The position numbers and the translations under genes were made by a program. Of a stretch of DNA of 64,000 nucleotides, positions 62,961-64,000 are shown piece after piece (within the stretch, counting starts at the first letter, position 1; the number at the start of each line of letters is the position of its first letter). Source of the DNA: Camelus dromedarius (lineage: Eukaryota); NCBI RefSeq assembly GCF_036321535.1, contig NC_087437.1, positions 59,646,001-59,710,000 of the forward strand, given 5' to 3'. The notes beneath the pieces were generated by a model. That model saw only the letters and a program-made list of their open reading frames with translations, made no database searches and was not told the origin of the DNA.

Positions 62961-62969
62961 TAACCTAAT

Positions 62970-64000
62970 CAACCACTAGTATTTTTACTGTCTCCATAGT
63001 TTGCTCTTTCCATAATGTCATATAGAATCATTTGGTTATGTAGACTTTTCAGATTGACTTCTTTCATTTACTGAGATGCATTTAAGATTTAGCCATATCT
63101 TATAGCAACTTAATGTCTCATTTCTTTTTAGCACTGAAAAATATTCTGTTATATGGAGGTACCACAGTTTATTTATCCATTCACTTTCTGAAGAACATGT
63201 TGGTTGCTTCCAAGTTTTAGCAATTATGAATAAAGCTGCTATAAAGATTTGTTGGCAGATTTTCATATGGATGTCTTAGTCAGCTAGGGCTGCTATAACA
63301 AAATACCATAGACTGGGTGGTTTAAACAACAGACATTTATTTCTCAGAGTTCTGGAGGCTAGAAGTTCAAGATCAGAGTGCTAGCATGGTCAGGTTCTGG
63401 TGAGAGCCCTCTTCCTGGCTTGTAGATAGCTGCCTTCTTGCTACATCCTCACCAGTGGAGATCTAGTCTCTCCTTATAAGGGCACTAATCCCATCATGAG
63501 GACCCCACCATCATGGCTACATCTAAAACTAATTACCTCCCAAAGGTCCCATCTCAAAATATTGTCACACTGGGGATTAGGGCTTCAATACACAAATTTT
63601 GAGAGGATATAAACATTTAGTCATTAACAGTAGATATCTGCTTCCAACTTATGTGAGTAAATACTGAGGAGTGTGATGCTGGTAAGAGTATGCTAGGTTT
63701 GTAAGAAACCCCCAGACTGTCTTCCAAAGTGACTGTACCATTTTGCATTCCCACCAGCAATGAATAGGAGTTCCTGATACTCTACATCCTCACCAGCATG
63801 TAATGTTGTGAGTGTTCTGGAGTCTAGCCGTTCTAATTGAGGTGTAGTGGGATCTCATTGTTTCAATTTGCTTTTCCCTAATGGCATATGATGTGGAGCA
63901 TCTTTTCATATGCTTACTTACCATCAGAATATCTTTTTGGTTGAGATGTCTGTTTAGGTCTTTTGTCCATTTTTTAATCAAGTTGTTTCCTTATCATTGA
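62970..64000 (-). mobile_element. L1MB/MC-type 3' region, interrupted by an MLT1A-like LTR and running off the window end
   Basis: ORFs 63036..63266(-) FIAALFIIAKTWKQP..EWINKLWY and 63790..63981(-) IKKWTKDLNRH...HMKRCSTS are L1 ORF2 remnants. Confidence 0.9.
63272..63629 (-). mobile_element. MaLR solo LTR, MLT1A/A0-like
   Basis: TGTCTTAGTCAGCTAGGGCTGCTATAACAAAATACCATAGACTGGGTGG...CATTTAGTCATTAACA; degenerate 5-bp TSD ATGGA/GTAGA. Confidence 0.9.

Noticed and set aside
1..64000. CRISPR arrays, prokaryotic operons, known miRNA matures, processed pseudogenes, or a novel multi-gene system
   Set aside because: I saw no regularly spaced repeat-spacer arrays or gene-dense segments, and only seed-length coincidences with known miRNAs. 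All recognisable coding similarity is from L1. A small host exon could still be missed without alignment.

Overview
This is mammalian, apparently non-coding genomic DNA, most likely from a camelid (alpaca/llama/camel). The lineage call rests on a tRNA-derived SINE and a young L1 3' UTR of the types known from camelid genomes; I recognised both from memory and ran no search. I cannot support any host protein-coding exon, tRNA, rRNA, miRNA or CRISPR array. The only ORFs with recognisable protein similarity are decayed L1 ORF2 fragments. About 1-47.6 kb is fairly GC-rich unique sequence interspersed with old repeats (MIR, L2, L3/CR1, MER5, MaLR/ERV LTRs, L1M). It includes two small CpG/GC-rich patches (about 5.7-5.9 kb and 29.9-30.4 kb, the latter with CTCF-like motifs) and several enhancer-like motif clusters. 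About 47.7-64 kb is AT-richer and dominated by L1 and MaLR elements, with clear nested insertions and target-site duplications. I found no convincing undescribed biological system. The findings are modest candidates: regulatory elements, nested transposons, an unexplained inverted repeat and a repair scar. Repeat subfamily names and most repeat boundaries are approximate and need RepeatMasker/Dfam confirmation.
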